Below are positions 61,292 to 64,000 of a stretch of 64,000 nt of DNA, in pieces (positions within the stretch are counted from its first letter, which is position 1; every line of letters starts with the position of its first letter). Source of the DNA: an uncultured Candidatus Saccharimonadales bacterium (GTDB taxonomy: Bacteria > Patescibacteriota > Saccharimonadia > UBA4664); contig CAZDGK010000001.1 of assembly GCA_964505035.1 (NCBI GenBank), positions 12,270-76,269 on the forward strand, read 5' to 3'. The notes under the pieces were generated by a model. That model was given only the letters and a program-made list of their open reading frames with translations, was not told where the DNA came from and made no database searches. A program made the translations under genes and the position numbers.

Positions 61292-61483
61292 GTTTCACCT
61301 CGCTTTGGTGAATCGTTGGCTGGTCCCGGTGCGGTCTTGCTGCCCGCGCCCGCACCGGATCGACTCAAGGCCTGCCTCGCGGATCGGTATTGACCTCGGT
61401 CCCACTGCAAGGCTCCAGTCACCGCCGTAGCGGCTCAGCGTCGCCTTGCCGAGCATTATGGCACACATTCAGATACAAATTCA

Positions 61484-61510
61484 CCCCCGGACGCGAATAC
61501 GCATCCGGGG
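61484..61510 (-). terminator. Terminator hairpin after the P450 gene
   Basis: CCCCCGGA/TCCGGGGG inverted repeat. Confidence 0.6.
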
Positions 61511-61518
61511 GCAGGGAA

Positions 61519-62715
61519 TTAGCCGACCAGCAACTGGTCCCACCGCAGGTATTCACCCGGCGGGATCGAAGCCTGCAGCAGCTCCGGGTTCAGCTCCATC
61601 AGCTGGTGCAAGAACTCCGTCGCCACCGCGGTGCTCAGGTCTTGGCCCGGACACCGCCGGCTGCCACGACCAAACGTGAACCACGGCTTGCCGGGCAATG
61701 GCCGGCGGCCGGGCCGGAACACGTCGGGGTCCTGGCCGATCCAGAGCGGATCGCGATTGGCACTGGTCCAGCAGGCGTACACGAACATGTACGGCAGCAG
61801 GGGCCGGCCGGCTAGCCACATCGGCCAGCGCACCCGGTGCGGTCTGCCCAGGCCCGATCCGTAGAACCGGCCGGACTCAGAGTAGATCGCAAAGCCCTCA
61901 CGAAACCAGTTGGGGCCCAGCAGTTTGACACGCCAGGCGTCGTACTCAGCCGGATCCAAATGGGTCCGCATCAGCGCATACGCCATCGCAATAGCAAACG
62001 ACGATGTCTGCGTACCGGACAGGAACAGGAAGAACAACATTCCGAGCTTCTGGATATCCACCAGACGCTCCGACCGCAGCAAGCGGTCGACCGGCATGTC
62101 CAGTGCCACACTCAACCGAGTCTCGATGTAGTCCCAGAAGAACTGGTTCATGTCGAACTGCGGCTTGAGCAGGAGCGGCGGAGTCAGACTAAATTCGTCC
62201 AGCCACCGGAAGAACATGCGCATGTGCTCATCGCTCAGGAGGTATGGATCCTCAATGCCAAGCAACGTGCACATCACGAGGTATGTCACCTTGTCGGTTA
62301 CCCGCGCCAGGTTGAACACACCTGATTGCTCAGCCAAGCACTGCCGCACAATGTCGGCGATCTTTGGCTTGAGCCCCGTCGTGTTGATGGCCTCCGGAGA
62401 GACCATCTCGACCGCCAGGCCGCGCAGGAGATCCAGCTCCTCGCCCGGCCCCTTGGCCGACGGTCCGCGCATTACCAGGTGATCCTTGTCGATATTCGGC
62501 TTCTTGAAGCCGGGGATCGCCTCGCGCGTGACAGGCCGCAGCACTCGGTGCTCCGACCAGTCCATTACCCAGGCCACCTTCTTGGCGCTGTAGACGCACT
62601 CCATGGCCGTGGGACCCATCTTGACGTAATGTGACTTACGTCTCGGATCGAGCTTGCCTTCGTACGGCGCTGCCAGCGCCGCCCGCAGCTCATCCAGTGA
62701 TGCAGCTTGGATCAT
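61519..62715 (-). CDS. Cytochrome P450
   Basis: I-helix SGTQTS, ExxR (ESGR), NRDP...PD.FRP.R, heme motif FGRGSRRCPG. Confidence 0.9.
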   Translation of the reverse strand: MIQAASLDELRAALAAPYEGKLDPRRKSHYVKMGPTAMECVYSAKKVAWVMDWSEHRVLRPVTREAIPGFKKPNIDKDHLVMRGPSAKGPGEELDLLRGLAVEMVSPEAINTTGLKPKIADIVRQCLAEQSGVFNLARVTDKVTYLVMCTLLGIEDPYLLSDEHMRMFFRWLDEFSLTPPLLLKPQFDMNQFFWDYIETRLSVALDMPVDRLLRSERLVDIQKLGMLFFLFLSGTQTSSFAIAMAYALMRTHLDPAEYDAWRVKLLGPNWFREGFAIYSESGRFYGSGLGRPHRVRWPMWLAGRPLLPYMFVYACWTSANRDPLWIGQDPDVFRPGRRPLPGKPWFTFGRGSRRCPGQDLSTAVATEFLHQLMELNPELLQASIPPGEYLRWDQLLVG

Positions 62716-62807
62716 TACCGATCCCTTCAGCGGTTCGATGGGGTATTGCTTCCTACCGCACCAGATGGTGCCGCAAGACGCCTGCACTATACCAGACGTC
62801 TTAGTAA

Positions 62808-63371
62808 TTAGCTAGCGCACACTGGGCACTGGCTCGGCGCATACGACAACATCGGCTCCTCCACCAAAAAATGTGGCGTCACCCCGGAGGCATACTCGGG
62901 CCGTAGCTCACCCCGCCGCCAAATCGCCAGGGCGTGGATGTCCTGCCGCTCCGGCTCAAGCAATCGCACCACCCCGGCTACCGAGCTCAGAGTAGTCACA
63001 ATGTCTTCATAAATCCGCGGGCTCTTGGCGTCCAGCGCCAGCTCGCGGTCGGCCTCGCTCGCAAACCGGAAATCTTGCTTCGCCCCGCCCGGCACCCGCT
63101 CCAGTTGCACCACCGGCAGTCCCAGCCATTCCGGGCCGCCCAGCCGGTCGGCCAGATATTGGCCGCCGCGGGGCACTCCCAGTAGCACATCAGCCGGCGG
63201 CAAACCGTCCGCCCGGGCCAACCCCGCCAACACTACCGCCAATGGCTCCGGATGCTCCCATAGGTAGTCGGCGTCAAGCTTGCGCACCGCATGGTCGCCA
63301 GCCGCAAACACAAAGTGCCCCTCCCGCAGCATCCCGCTCGCCAATACCGCCTGTCGTATTGCTTGGCTCAT
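62808..63371 (-). CDS. Type I phosphoribosyltransferase (PyrE-like)
   Basis: EGHF....G.H, GVPRGG, PRPP loop EDIVTT..S; C-terminal CPVC. Confidence 0.8.
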   Translation of the reverse strand: MSQAIRQAVLASGMLREGHFVFAAGDHAVRKLDADYLWEHPEPLAVVLAGLARADGLPPADVLLGVPRGGQYLADRLGGPEWLGLPVVQLERVPGGAKQDFRFASEADRELALDAKSPRIYEDIVTTLSSVAGVVRLLEPERQDIHALAIWRRGELRPEYASGVTPHFLVEEPMLSYAPSQCPVCAS

Positions 63372-63398
63372 CACAGCCTATGCTACACTAGTCTGCGT

Positions 63399-64000
63399 AT
63401 GAATGACATTCTCAAGATTATTCGCTACTCCTGGAGCCTCAAGCGCTACTACATCATCACGATCATCTTCGTGGTGGTCGTCTCGCTGCTCAACCAAGCC
63501 ACGCCCTTCTTCCTGAAGTTCATCGTGGACGCGCTGGTGCGGCTAAGCCACGGCCAGTCGGTTGCCATGAGCTATATCTGGTGGCTACTCATTGGCATTC
63601 TGCTCGTCAATGTCGCCCTGACCATCATTTCCAATATCCAAGGCTTCTACGGCGATATCCTCGGCGCCAAGCTCAACACCCTGCTCAGTCAGCGCTACTA
63701 CAATCACATCCTGCGCCTGCCCCTCGAGTACTACGACAATCAAGTCGCCGGCCGCATCAGCAGCCGCCTCGAGCGCAGCATCGTCACCATTAGCCAGCTC
63801 ATGAACAACTTCGCCAACAACTTCGTAGGCTTCTTCCTCACGAGCGCGGTCACACTCGTGATCCTAGCGTTTTATGCCTGGCCAGTCGCCCTACTGCTCG
63901 GCTTCCTCTTCCCGTTCTATATCTGGCTCACCACACTCTCCAGTGCCTCGTGGCAGAAGCGCCAGCAGCCCATCAATCAGGATACCGACGTCAACCAAGG
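63399..64000 (+). CDS. ABC exporter (TM domain), truncated by the window end
   Basis: Hand translation MNDILKIIRYSWSLKRYY...; 'HILRLPLEYYDNQVAGRISSRL' is the exporter TM-domain signature. Confidence 0.88.
   Translation, partial: MNDILKIIRYSWSLKRYYIITIIFVVVVSLLNQATPFFLKFIVDALVRLSHGQSVAMSYIWWLLIGILLVNVALTIISNIQGFYGDILGAKLNTLLSQRYYNHILRLPLEYYDNQVAGRISSRLERSIVTISQLMNNFANNFVGFFLTSAVTLVILAFYAWPVALLLGFLFPFYIWLTTLSSASWQKRQQPINQDTDVNQ

Noticed and set aside
34484-62715. YGxxxYG peptide as a RiPP precursor cross-linked by the P450
   Set aside because: The genes are about 27 kb apart with no linkage; known P450-RiPP precursors are adjacent to their P450.

Overview
GC-rich 64-kb bacterial chromosome segment that reads like a Patescibacteria/CPR genome, most consistent with Candidatus Saccharibacteria. 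This placement is an inference from gene content, gene order and lineage-typical hypothetical proteins. Core genes: a full F1Fo ATP synthase operon, trxB, a short archaeal-type aspS under a T-box, secE-nusG-rplK-rplA, rplJ-rplL, dnaX-dnaB, ybaB-recR, a DHH phosphoesterase and cysS. Many single-gene accessory cassettes and two glycosylation clusters (GtrA/GT2/GT39) lie between them. Highlights: (1) a tatA-tatC locus flanked by a signal-less fibre-like protein, an oddly built sensor kinase whose mature N-terminus is YGxxxYG, and a divergent 65-aa twin-arginine micro-protein ending in YGxxxYG; three promoters of this locus share a motif. (2) A T-box with an ultrashort Stem I (GAC in an apical loop) joined to a transcription terminator. 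(3) A nucleotidyltransferase/deaminase/HIT/DHFR/ThyA/NUDIX/GlyA nucleotide cluster. (4) A domain-permuted PEP-utilising kinase plus phosphatase on a lower-GC island. (5) Pervasive apparently leaderless gene starts. (6) Actinobacteria-like cargo (I36 inhibitor, MshA-like GT4), a SET protein and a cytochrome P450. No tRNA, rRNA, CRISPR array or transposase/integrase was recognised. All calls are by eye; no searches were run.
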